Of a DNA stretch of 64,000 bases, positions 34,687-44,179 are shown piece after piece. The notes under the pieces are model-generated. The model saw only the letters and a list, made by a program, of their open reading frames with translations. It was not told the origin of the DNA and did not search any database. The DNA comes from Myxococcota bacterium. Lineage in GTDB: Bacteria > Myxococcota_A > Polyangia > Polyangiales > Sandaracinaceae. Position 1 is the stretch's first letter, and the number at the start of each line of letters is the position of its first letter. The position numbers and the translations under genes are program-made. The stretch is taken from contig JAYZQJ010000074.1 of assembly GCA_036149055.1 (NCBI GenBank), forward strand, positions 1 to 64,000, read 5' to 3'.

Positions 34687-35713
34687 CCGGCCTTCCGCCA
34701 GTCGAGCACGACCTTGCCGCTCTCCCCGGAGCGCATGACGTCGAAGCCCTTCTGGAACTCGTCCACCGGCAGCGTGTGGGTGAGGATCGGCGAGACGTCG
34801 AGCCCGCTCTGGAGCATCGAGATCATCTTGTACCAGGTCTCGAACATCTCCCGGCCGTAGACGCCCTTGAGCACGAGGCCCTTGAAGATGACCTGATCCC
34901 AGTCGATGGCGGTGTCCGACGGCGGGATGCCCAGGATCGCGATCCGGCCGCCGTGGTTCATGTTGCGCAGCATGTCGCGCAGCGCCTGGCCGTTGCCGCT
35001 CATCTCGAGGCCGACGTCGAAGCCCTCGGTCATGCCGAGCTCCTTCTGCACCGCCTTGATGTCCTCGGTCCGCACGTCGATGGTGCGGGTCGCGCCGAGC
35101 TTCTTGGCGAGCTCCAGGCGGAAGGGGTTCACGTCGGTGATCGCGACGTGCCGGGCGCCGACGTGCTTGCAGATCGCGACCGCCATGCAGCCGATCGGGC
35201 CGGCGCCGGTGATGAGCACGTCCTCGCCGACCAGGTCGAAGCTGAGCGCGGTGTGCACCGCGTTGCCGAGCGGGTCGAGGAACGCCGCGATGTCGTCGGA
35301 GACGTCGTCCGGGAGCTTGAAGGCGTTGACCGCCGGGATGGCGAGGTACTCGGCGAAGGCGCCGGTCCGGTTCACGCCGACGCCCACCGTGTTGCGGCAG
35401 AGGTGACGCTTGCCCGCCCGGCAGTTGCGGCAGTGCCCGCAGGTGATGTGACCTTCGCCGCTGACCCGGTCGCCGACCTCGAAGCCGCGCACGTGGCTGC
35501 CGACCTCGGCGACCCGGCCGACGAACTCGTGGCCCACCGTCATCGGCACCGGGATGGTCCGCTGCGACCACTCGTCCCAGTTGTAGATGTGGACGTCGGT
35601 GCCGCAGATGGCGGTCTTGGAGATCTCGATGAGGACGTCGTTCGGGCCGATCTCGGGGCGCGGCTGCTCCTGCATCCAGATCCCCTCCTCGGCCTTCGCC
35701 TTCACGAGGGCCT

Positions 35714-35717
<4 letters not shown>
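34683..35717 (-). CDS. tdh: L-threonine 3-dehydrogenase
   Basis: MKALVKAK..., '[14 protein letters not shown]', 'GHEF', Zn motif CGHCRNC and '[12 protein letters not shown]'. Confidence 0.97.
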
Positions 35718-36910
<1,193 letters not shown>

Positions 36911-37032
36911 GCACGCCTCCGGATTCTTTGGGGTTCCCGTTCGCCGGGAGAGGGGGAGCGGAAGTCTGCGTCGGCCCCCGACCGGCAGCAATGGGCCTCC
37001 TCACGCGCGATCGGGTGCTACGGTCCGGGCCG

Positions 37033-38100
37033 ATGTCGGAGCCGGTCTCGCGCGTGTTGGTGCTGTACACCGGGGGCACCATCGGGATGAAGAAGGGCGC
37101 CCGCGGCTACGAGCCGGTCGAGGGCTGGTTCGCCGAGGAGATCGCGCGGCAGCCGCAGCTCCACGACCCGAGCCGCGAGCGCTTCACCACCTTCCCCTCC
37201 CGCAGCGGCCGGCGCATCCGCTACGACATCGAGGCCTACTCGCCCCCGCTCGACTCGGCGAACCTCGCGCTCGCCGACTGGGCGCGGTTCGCGGCCGACA
37301 TCGGGCGGCACTACGACGCCTACGACGCGTTCGTCGTCGTGCACGGCACCGACACGATGGCGTACACGGCCAGCGCGCTGAGCTTCATGCTCGCCGGGCT
37401 GACCAAGCCGGTGATCCTGACCGGCGCGCAGATCCCCCTCGAGCAGCTCCGCAACGACGCCCTCGACAACCTCCTGGGCGCGCTCGGGCTGGCAGGGCAC
37501 TACCGCATCCCGGAGGTCGGGCTCTACTTCCACCACAAGCTCCTCCGGGGCTGCCGGGCGACCAAGGTCGACGCGGCCGGGCTCGACGCCTTCGACTCGC
37601 CCAACCTGCCGCCCCTCGCCGAGGTGGGCATCGACGTCGAGGTCCGGTGGGGCGTGGTGCGCTCGCCGCCGGTCGGCGGCCTCGACGTGCACACCGACCT
37701 GAGCCCGCACGTGGCCGCGCTGCGGCTCTACCCCGGCATCACCCGGGCCATCCTCGAGAACTTCCTCCGGCCGCCGCTCGAGGGGCTGGTGCTCGAGACG
37801 TTCGGCAGCGGCAACGCGCCCGACCGCGACGACGACCTGCTCGGCGCGCTCCGGGACGCGTCCGAGCGCGGGGTGGTGATCGTGAACGTGACCCAGTGCC
37901 TCAAGGGCCACGTGCGCACGAAGTACGCCGCCGGCCGGGCGCTGCTCGACGCGGGCGTGGTGCCCGGCGCGGACATGACGCCCGAGGCGGCGCTGGCCAA
38001 GCTCGCGTTCCTGCTCGGGCAGGGGCTGCCCCCCGACGAGGTGCGCGCCCTCGCCGGCCGCTCGCTGCGCGGCGAGCTGACCGAAGAGGTCGAGGACTGA
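37033..38100 (+). CDS. ansA: L-asparaginase type I
   Basis: 'YTGGTIGM', 'HGTDTMAY', 'TGAQ' and '[11 protein letters not shown]'. Confidence 0.9.
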   Translation: MSEPVSRVLVLYTGGTIGMKKGARGYEPVEGWFAEEIARQPQLHDPSRERFTTFPSRSGRRIRYDIEAYSPPLDSANLALADWARFAADIGRHYDAYDAFVVVHGTDTMAYTASALSFMLAGLTKPVILTGAQIPLEQLRNDALDNLLGALGLAGHYRIPEVGLYFHHKLLRGCRATKVDAAGLDAFDSPNLPPLAEVGIDVEVRWGVVRSPPVGGLDVHTDLSPHVAALRLYPGITRAILENFLRPPLEGLVLETFGSGNAPDRDDDLLGALRDASERGVVIVNVTQCLKGHVRTKYAAGRALLDAGVVPGADMTPEAALAKLAFLLGQGLPPDEVRALAGRSLRGELTEEVED

Positions 38101-38105
38101 ACGCC

Positions 38106-39323
38106 ATGGACGTGCTGTTCCTCTCGCCGAGCTACCCGCCGGAGATGCAGCAGTTCACCCGGGGGCTCGCCGAGGTCGGCGCGCGGGTCTACGGGGTGGG
38201 CGACACCCCGGAATCCGAGTTGACGACTGCCGTGCGCGGCGCGCTCTCGGCGTACCTGCACGTCCCGAGCTCGCTCGACGAGGCGGACGTGACCCGGCGG
38301 CTCGAGGGCTGGCTGCGCGGGCGCAACGTCGACCGGGTGGAGACCAACTGGGAGCCGATGATCCTGCTCGCCGCCGACCTCCGCGCCCGCTGGGGCCTGC
38401 CGGGGATGCGCCGCGAGCAGGTGCTCGCGTTCCGCGACAAGGTGCTGATGCGAGAGCGCCTCGCCGCGGCCGGGCTCCGGGTGCCGCGCACCTTCCGGGT
38501 GCGCACGGCGGACGAGGCCTGGGCGGCGGCGGAGCGCGTCGGCTACCCGCTGATCTTCAAGCCGATCGCCGGCGCGGGCTCGGCCGACACCTGGCGCGCG
38601 GGCTCACCGGCGGAGCTGTCCGACGTGCTCGCCCGGACCGCGCACGTGCCCGAGGCCAGCGTCGAGGAGCTGATCGAGGGCGACGAGCTCACCTACGAGA
38701 CCCTCTGCGTCGACGGCGCGCCGGTCCTCGAGGGCTGCTGCCGGTACTACCCGAACGTGCTCGACGCCCGGAAGAACGAGTGGATCAGCCCGATCATCCT
38801 GAGCCTGCGCGACCTCGCGAGCGAGGAGACCGCGCGCGGCGTGGCCCTCGGGCGGCGCGCCCTCGACGCGCTCGGCATGGGCACCGGCTTCACCCACATG
38901 GAGTGGTTCCGGACCGCCGCGGGCGAGGCCGTCTTCGGCGAGATCGCGTGCCGCGCGCCCGGCGCGAACATGGTCGACCTGATGAACTACGCGGGCGACG
39001 TCGACCTCTTCGTCGAGTGGGCGCGCGCGGTCGTGCACGGCCGGGTCGAGGCGCCGGCGGAGAACCCCCACCACGCGGCCATCGTCTTCAAGCGCGCCCG
39101 GGGCCAGGGACGCATCCGGGCCATCGAGGGGCTCGACGCCTTCCTCCACGCCCACCGCGCCCACGTCGCGCGGGTGGACCTCCTGCCCATCGGCGCGCCG
39201 CGCCGGGACTGGCAGCAGACCTTCCTCGGCGACGGAAACCTCGTCGTGCGTCACCCCGACCGCGACGCCGCCCTCGCCCTGGCCCAGCGCGCCGCCTCGA
39301 CCATCCACCTCTACGCCGGCTGA
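38106..39323 (+). CDS. ATP-grasp domain protein
   Basis: 'FRDKVLM', 'YPLIFKPIAGAGS', 'EELIEG' and 'HMEWF...EIACR'. Confidence 0.85.
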   Translation: MDVLFLSPSYPPEMQQFTRGLAEVGARVYGVGDTPESELTTAVRGALSAYLHVPSSLDEADVTRRLEGWLRGRNVDRVETNWEPMILLAADLRARWGLPGMRREQVLAFRDKVLMRERLAAAGLRVPRTFRVRTADEAWAAAERVGYPLIFKPIAGAGSADTWRAGSPAELSDVLARTAHVPEASVEELIEGDELTYETLCVDGAPVLEGCCRYYPNVLDARKNEWISPIILSLRDLASEETARGVALGRRALDALGMGTGFTHMEWFRTAAGEAVFGEIACRAPGANMVDLMNYAGDVDLFVEWARAVVHGRVEAPAENPHHAAIVFKRARGQGRIRAIEGLDAFLHAHRAHVARVDLLPIGAPRRDWQQTFLGDGNLVVRHPDRDAALALAQRAASTIHLYAG

Positions 39324-39342
39324 CCCCGCTTGGCGCTACGGG

Positions 39343-39509
39343 GACGGAGTTTCCTCGTTGCCGAACGCCTCTCCTCGGCCACGATCGGCCCGGTCAGAGC
39401 CTCCGGGGCCTGGGAGAGCCGAAGCGACACGGCGCCGACGCGTGCGTTCTCGGCGAGCTCCTCGCCCCTCGCGCCGCGCGGGCCCGGTTGGGCAACGAGG
39501 AGCTCCGTC
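39343..39509. mobile_element. MITE-like element with ~20-bp terminal inverted repeats
   Basis: GACGGAGTTTCCTCGTTGCC (39343-39362) is nearly the reverse complement of GGCAACGAGGAGCTCCGTC (39491-39509). Confidence 0.55.
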
Positions 39510-39534
39510 TCAGGACCTGTCCCAGGACCTGTTC

Positions 39535-40149
39535 TCAATCGCGGAACTTGATGGAGCAGCCGATCGAGCGGGTCTGGGCGTTGGCGATCGGGCGGCCGGC
39601 GACGAGGGCGTCGAGGGCGTCGGCGAGGTGGCGCTGCTGCACCTGGTCGGGCTGGTGCGCGTTGTCGTCGACCGCGCCGTGGTAGACGAGCCGGCCGCGG
39701 CGGTCGAAGAGGAAGACCTCGGGGGTGCGGGTGGCGCCGAAGCGCCGCGCGACGTTCGAGGTCTCGTCGACGACGTACGGGAAGCGCATGCCCGCCGCTC
39801 GGTGTCGCCGCTGCATCTCCTCGAAGCCGTCGGAGGGGTACTCCCCGGGGTCGTTCGGGTTGATCGCGATCACCCCGACGCCGCGGCCGAGGGCGGCGTT
39901 GCCGAGCTCGGTGATGCGCGCCTCCCAGGCCTGCGCCCAGGGGCAGTGGTTGCACGTGAAGATCACCAGGGTGCCGCGCTCGCCGGCGGCGCTCTGGATG
40001 GAGACCTGCTGGCCGTCCACGTTGCGCATGCGGTGGGTCCGCATCGGCGCCTGGGCGCCGAGCGCGAGCGCGTCCTGCGCGTGGGCGCCGGAGGCGAACG
40101 CGGTGAGGGCGAGGGTCAGCGTGGTCGCGATCGAGAGGGTCTTCGTCAT
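39535..40149 (-). CDS. Exported thioredoxin/redoxin-family protein (PRX-like1)
   Basis: Signal peptide, 'FTCNHCPW', 'TPEVFLFD', 'YHGAVDD' and 'IGCSIK'. Confidence 0.88.
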   Translation of the reverse strand: MTKTLSIATTLTLALTAFASGAHAQDALALGAQAPMRTHRMRNVDGQQVSIQSAAGERGTLVIFTCNHCPWAQAWEARITELGNAALGRGVGVIAINPNDPGEYPSDGFEEMQRRHRAAGMRFPYVVDETSNVARRFGATRTPEVFLFDRRGRLVYHGAVDDNAHQPDQVQQRHLADALDALVAGRPIANAQTRSIGCSIKFRD

Positions 40150-40730
40150 CGTCCTGCTTCGGCTTCGGTGCCCGTTCCCGGGCGAGCTGTTCTCAGATGG
40201 GCTTCGATCGGCCCTCGCAGCGCCGCCTCGTCGACGGGCTCGGGCCAGAAGTGCACGACGCGGCGCTCGCGGTCGAGGAGGAGCGTCGCCGGGAGCGCGC
40301 CAGACCACTCGGGGTGCAGCGCCTCGATGAAGGCGTCGTCGCCGCCGGTCTTGAAGTAGCTCGGCTCCGGCGCGCCCTGCTCCCGCAAGAAGGAGAGCGC
40401 CTCCGCGCGGCGGGTCGGCGGCTCGGCCGCGATCAGCGCGAGCCCGAGGCCCTGCCCCTCGTAGCGACGCGCGGTGGCGATGACGTCGGGCATCTCCTCG
40501 ACGCAGGGCTCACACCAGGTGGACCAGACGTTGACGAGCAGCGCCGGCGCCGGGTGCTCCCGCAGGGTCTCCCGCACCGACGTCGCGTCGACGTCGATCC
40601 ACGGGCTCTCCGCCGCCACCTCGGGCGCCGCCTCCGCGGCCGGGGCCGGGGCGGGGGGCTCCGCCGGCGGCTCGGGATCGGCCGCGCCGCTGCAGGCGGT
40701 GAGCGCGAGGGCGACCCAGACCGGACGCAT
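40146..40730 (-). CDS. TlpA-family disulfide reductase lipoprotein
   Basis: LTAC lipobox, 'NVWSTWCEPCVEEMP' and 'LPATLL'. Confidence 0.88.
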   Translation of the reverse strand: MRPVWVALALTACSGAADPEPPAEPPAPAPAAEAAPEVAAESPWIDVDATSVRETLREHPAPALLVNVWSTWCEPCVEEMPDVIATARRYEGQGLGLALIAAEPPTRRAEALSFLREQGAPEPSYFKTGGDDAFIEALHPEWSGALPATLLLDRERRVVHFWPEPVDEAALRGPIEAHLRTARPGTGTEAEAGR

Positions 40731-40845
40731 TCCGACCGCTGTCATGGAGGACACTGTGGAGCCGCTTCGGGACGGCGCCACCCCCAAATCCGGTCCTCGG
40801 TGGAAGCTCGCGGGGCTGCGGCGGCTCGACAGGGGTCATTCCTGG

Positions 40846-42549
40846 CTACGTGTCCATCGCCGCGCGGATCGCGGCGCCGAGCGCGCGCGGGTCGCCGGGG
40901 GCGATCTCGGTGACGCCCTCGAGGCCACGCAGGCCGCAGGCGGGCGAGGCGATCACCGGGACGCCGCGACCGAGCGCGCGCAGGAGCGGCGACGGATCCC
41001 GGGGGACCCAGGCGGGCGCGACCACGACCGCGGCGCCGTCGAGCGGATCGGCGCCCGGCGCTCGCACCGGACGGCCCCAGTCGAAGCCGCCCTCGAGGTC
41101 GCGGCCGCCCACGATCAGCGGCGAAGGCAGCCCGCGCGCCGCGTCCCGGAGGGCGTGCGCGCCCTCGCGCCCGACCACCGGCCCGAGGAACGCGATCGCG
41201 TCGCCGCGGCGAGCGGGCGCGCCTCGAGGCACGCGCCACGCCAGCTTCACCGCCCGCGGCCCGAAGGCGTCGGCGATCGCGGCGTGGGGCGTGATCACGC
41301 GCCGAGCCCGGGCGAGCGCGACCTCCTCGTCGGCGACGAGCCCGGCCGGGGCGCGGAAGTCGGCGAGGGTCGGGCTCTCGGGGTGCCGGCGCGCGGCCTC
41401 GTCGAGGCGGGCCTGGAGGAGCCGCAGGGGCCAGCGACGCATCACCACGTCGAAGGTGCGGCCGCCGAGCGCGCCCTCTCGGTGGAGGTGCGGCAGGAGG
41501 TGCTGGTGCACCACGAGGTGGGTGTCCTCGGGCCCCAGGCGCGCGGCCATCCAGCCGGCCAGCCGGGCGTCGTGCGCGAGCAGGGCCCGCTGACGGGCGG
41601 CGCCCTGACTGCCGAGCCGACGGCTCTCGAGGGCGCGGCGCGCGACGAGCGCGAGCGCCTGATCGACACGCGAGAAGCCCGCCGTCGTCCAGGCGTAGCG
41701 GGGCCGCCGCCAGCGCTGTCCGTCGCAGGGGATCAGCAGCCGGTCCCCCGGGCGACGCGCGCCGGAGAGCCAGTCGTCGATCTCCGGCGTCACGCCGTCG
41801 AGCAGGAAGGCCGTCCGTCCGACCGGCGCGGCGAGCTCCGGCGCTCTCGAGACGCAGCCGGTGCGGGCGCAGCGGTCGCAGCTCCCGGTGGGCTCCGGTC
41901 GCCGCGCCAGCGAGACCCGCGTCGGCGCCGCGCCGCGCCCCCGCAGCCGCACCTCGAGGTGGGTCGCGTCGAGCGCCACCTCCACCCCGAACGGCGCCGG
42001 CGCGGTGAAGCGCAGGTCGACGTAGCGCCAGAAGACGGTGGCGTCGCGGCCGCGCTCGGCGAGCGATCCCGGCACCACGACCGAGTGGGCGTGCCGCTCC
42101 ACGATCTCGAAGCCGGCCTCGAGCGCGGCGTCGTAGAGGGCGTTCGAGAGCTGGCAGAGGCCGCCGCCGACCGAGGGCACGAGGCACCCCTCCCGGACCT
42201 CGCGCCCGAGCGCGTACCCGCCGCGCCGGGTGGGCCGGCCGACGTGGCGCCAGAAGCTGAAGATCTCGCCGGCCTCGAACCGCCGCCCGTGCAGCGCGCG
42301 CGCCGCGACCCGGAGGTTCTGCACCTTCCCCGCCTCGAGCCGCCGCTCGGCCGCGGGCTCGGCTGAGCGGGACCAGAGCGGGGTGCGCGAGCGCCCGGCC
42401 ACCGGGAGATGGTCGATCCCGCCGCGCCGGCCGAGCGGGGTGGGCGCGCGGAGCTCCGCGGCCGCGCGGATGAGCTGATGACGCGCCGCGCGCGCTTCGA
42501 ACCAGGCGCGCGACAGCTGCTGCCGCGCCCACGAGCCCTCGCGCTCCAC
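40846..42549 (-). CDS. VanW-domain protein fused to a glycosyltransferase-like C-terminal domain
   Basis: VanW motifs 'FSFWRHVG', 'GGGLCQLSNALY', 'ERHAHS' and 'DATVFWRYVDLRF', a CDRCARTGC linker, and a GT-B-like 'REGA...LLRALGRGVPVIASPACG'. Confidence 0.8.
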   Translation of the reverse strand: MEREGSWARQQLSRAWFEARAARHQLIRAAAELRAPTPLGRRGGIDHLPVAGRSRTPLWSRSAEPAAERRLEAGKVQNLRVAARALHGRRFEAGEIFSFWRHVGRPTRRGGYALGREVREGCLVPSVGGGLCQLSNALYDAALEAGFEIVERHAHSVVVPGSLAERGRDATVFWRYVDLRFTAPAPFGVEVALDATHLEVRLRGRGAAPTRVSLARRPEPTGSCDRCARTGCVSRAPELAAPVGRTAFLLDGVTPEIDDWLSGARRPGDRLLIPCDGQRWRRPRYAWTTAGFSRVDQALALVARRALESRRLGSQGAARQRALLAHDARLAGWMAARLGPEDTHLVVHQHLLPHLHREGALGGRTFDVVMRRWPLRLLQARLDEAARRHPESPTLADFRAPAGLVADEEVALARARRVITPHAAIADAFGPRAVKLAWRVPRGAPARRGDAIAFLGPVVGREGAHALRDAARGLPSPLIVGGRDLEGGFDWGRPVRAPGADPLDGAAVVVAPAWVPRDPSPLLRALGRGVPVIASPACGLRGLEGVTEIAPGDPRALGAAIRAAMDT

Positions 42550-42606
42550 GTCGGGTCATACGCGCCGGGCCCCCGCCATTCTTCCCCGGGGACGCGGCCG
42601 CGGCGA

Positions 42607-42676
42607 CAGGCCGTCAGGGAATCGAACCCTGCGCGGCGGGGGTTGGAAGCCCGCCTGTGCGCACAGCACCCGGCCT
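42607..42676 (-). tRNA. Non-canonical tRNA-Gly(TCC)-like element
   Basis: Acceptor AGGCCG/CGGCCT, T-arm CAGGG-TTCGATT-CCCTG, anticodon arm GCGGG-CTTCCAA(CC)-CCCGC and a minimal D-arm CTGT-GCGC-ACAG. No encoded CCA. Confidence 0.65.
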
Positions 42677-42726
42677 ATGTGGATTGTTCCGGACGGAATC
42701 GTCCGTTTGATCGCGCGTGCGATCGA

Positions 42727-42820
42727 TCGGGGTGACAGGACTCGAACCTGCAATGCCCGAAGGCTCCCGGGCTACAACCGGGTGGGGGTACCAGCTCGTA
42801 CCAGCTCCCCCTTCACCCCG
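42727..42820 (-). tRNA. Non-canonical tRNA-Tyr(GTA)-like element
   Basis: Acceptor CGGGGTG/CACCCCG, anticodon arm CCCGG-TTGTAGC-CCGGG, variable arm GCC-TTCG-GGC and T-arm GCAGG-TTCGAGT-CCTGT. The D-loop carries a 10-nt duplication. No encoded CCA. Confidence 0.72.
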
Positions 42821-42861
42821 CTCTCTCCGCCGTGCGGGGGCGGCGACCGGGCGGGTGACGG

Positions 42862-42896
42862 AAAAGAAAAACCGCCCGGCCTGGAGGCCTGGGCGG
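42862..42896 (-). terminator. Intrinsic terminator (attenuator) between the leader ORF and the tRNA-like genes
   Basis: Minus strand reads CCGCCCAGGCC-TCCA-GGCCGGGCGG followed by TTTTTCTTTT. Confidence 0.85.
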
Positions 42897-42924
42897 CGAT
42901 CGATCACGACGCGTACGCGACGGA

Positions 42925-42993
42925 TCAGGCCGACACCGGACCTCCGGTCGGAATGCGCCAGACGCGCCAGAGTCGATAGGTGTGACGGCTCAT
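42925..42993 (-). CDS. Putative 22-aa leader peptide MSRHTYRLWRVWRIPTGGPVSA
   Basis: ATG at 42993 and TGA at 42927-42925, lying directly between the promoter and the terminator. Confidence 0.6.
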   Translation of the reverse strand: MSRHTYRLWRVWRIPTGGPVSA

Positions 42994-43002
42994 GATGCCT
43001 CC

Positions 43003-43031
43003 GTCTTACGTCGCCTTCGCGCCCCTGTCAA
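43003..43031 (-). promoter_or_regulatory. sigma70-type promoter
   Basis: TTGACA (43031-43026), a 17-bp spacer and TAAGAC (43008-43003). It overlaps the methylase stop codon. Confidence 0.7.
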
Positions 43032-44116
43032 GAGATCAGTGACAGTTGTTCGTCGCCCTTCAATCCGGCTTCGTGGAACGCCCGCTCCACCGAGGCCGCG
43101 GCGCGCTCCACCCGAGCTCGGTCGGGGCCGACGAGGAAGATCATCTCCCGGTTGCGGGTGTGGCTGACCTCGCCGACCCGCCGGCCCTTGGGATCGTGGA
43201 TGCCGATCTTGGCGCCGACGTACCGATCGAAGCCGGTGGTGGCCACCCGGACGTGGCCGCGCTCGGAGAGCATCGCCTCGAGCGTCTCCCGGTCGAGGAA
43301 GCCCTCGTCGCTGAAGCTCACCACCAGCTCGGGGGCGCGCACCGCGGCCACCACCCGCGCCATCGCCTCGGCGATGCGGCGGCGGCTGTTGAAGGGGTTC
43401 TTGTAGGTCTTGCAGTCGATCCGCTTGTTCGCGACGCCGTAGGTCTCCGGATCGTCCCAGCGCACCAGGGTCTCCCACACGTGGTAGTTCCCCTTGTAGC
43501 TGTGCTGGTTGTAGGGCGGGTCGAGGTAGGCCACGTCCGCCTCGACCCCGGCCGCCTCCTCCGCCTCGAGCTGGAGCGCCTCGCCCGGCCCCTCGGTGAG
43601 CGCCGGCAGCCGCAACGCGAGCGGGTTGTAGCTGCGCTTCGCCCAGCTCTTCAGGTACGCCATCTGGACGCCGGTCGTGGAGTCGACGCGGTCCGCGGCC
43701 TCCATGAGCGCGGTGAGCGCGATGGCCTCGAGCTCCGGTGAGAGCGTCTGGGCCGCGATCGCCTCGCGCATGCCCTCCACCCGGGCGCCGTTGTCGGGCT
43801 GCAGGTAGCGCGCGTCCCGGCAGAAGGCCTGCGTGAACCAGCCGTCCCGCGGCGGCGCCTCGGCCAGCGCCTCGAGCAGCCGCGCGGCCGGCTCGCGGTG
43901 CTCCCGGGCGTCCGCCGCCACGTAGCAGCGCGCGAGGGTCGCCGCGTAGGCGAGGTGGTCGTTGGAGGTCACCCGGAGCCCGGCCTCCTTGAGCGCGCGC
44001 CCCACCCGCGCCGTCCCGCTGAAGAGATCGAGCGCGCGCTTCGCGCCGCCGAAGCCGGTGACGCCGGCCACGATCGGGCCGATGAGCTTGCGCTTGCTGC
44101 CGATGTACTTGATCAC
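43028..44116 (-). CDS. DNA adenine methyltransferase (D12/Dam-like class), apparently orphan
   Basis: 'KYIGSK', SAM motif 'DLFSGTA' and catalytic 'YLDPPY'. GTG start at 44116. Confidence 0.9.
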   Translation of the reverse strand: MIKYIGSKRKLIGPIVAGVTGFGGAKRALDLFSGTARVGRALKEAGLRVTSNDHLAYAATLARCYVAADAREHREPAARLLEALAEAPPRDGWFTQAFCRDARYLQPDNGARVEGMREAIAAQTLSPELEAIALTALMEAADRVDSTTGVQMAYLKSWAKRSYNPLALRLPALTEGPGEALQLEAEEAAGVEADVAYLDPPYNQHSYKGNYHVWETLVRWDDPETYGVANKRIDCKTYKNPFNSRRRIAEAMARVVAAVRAPELVVSFSDEGFLDRETLEAMLSERGHVRVATTGFDRYVGAKIGIHDPKGRRVGEVSHTRNREMIFLVGPDRARVERAAASVERAFHEAGLKGDEQLSLIS

Positions 44117-44179
44117 GCCGAGCGCATCTTCGTCGATCCCCCTCCCGTCGCAAGGCGGTTGACTGATATTCTCGCGGCC

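Noticed and set aside
42560..42720. Additional tRNA-like units at 42560-42605 and 42680-42720
   Set aside because: Only short hairpins were seen, with no TTCG T-loop or cloverleaf.
42727..42820. tRNA-Sec or tRNA-Pyl
   Set aside because: The acceptor can be drawn with 8 bp and the D-arm is long, but the anticodon is GTA rather than TCA or CTA.
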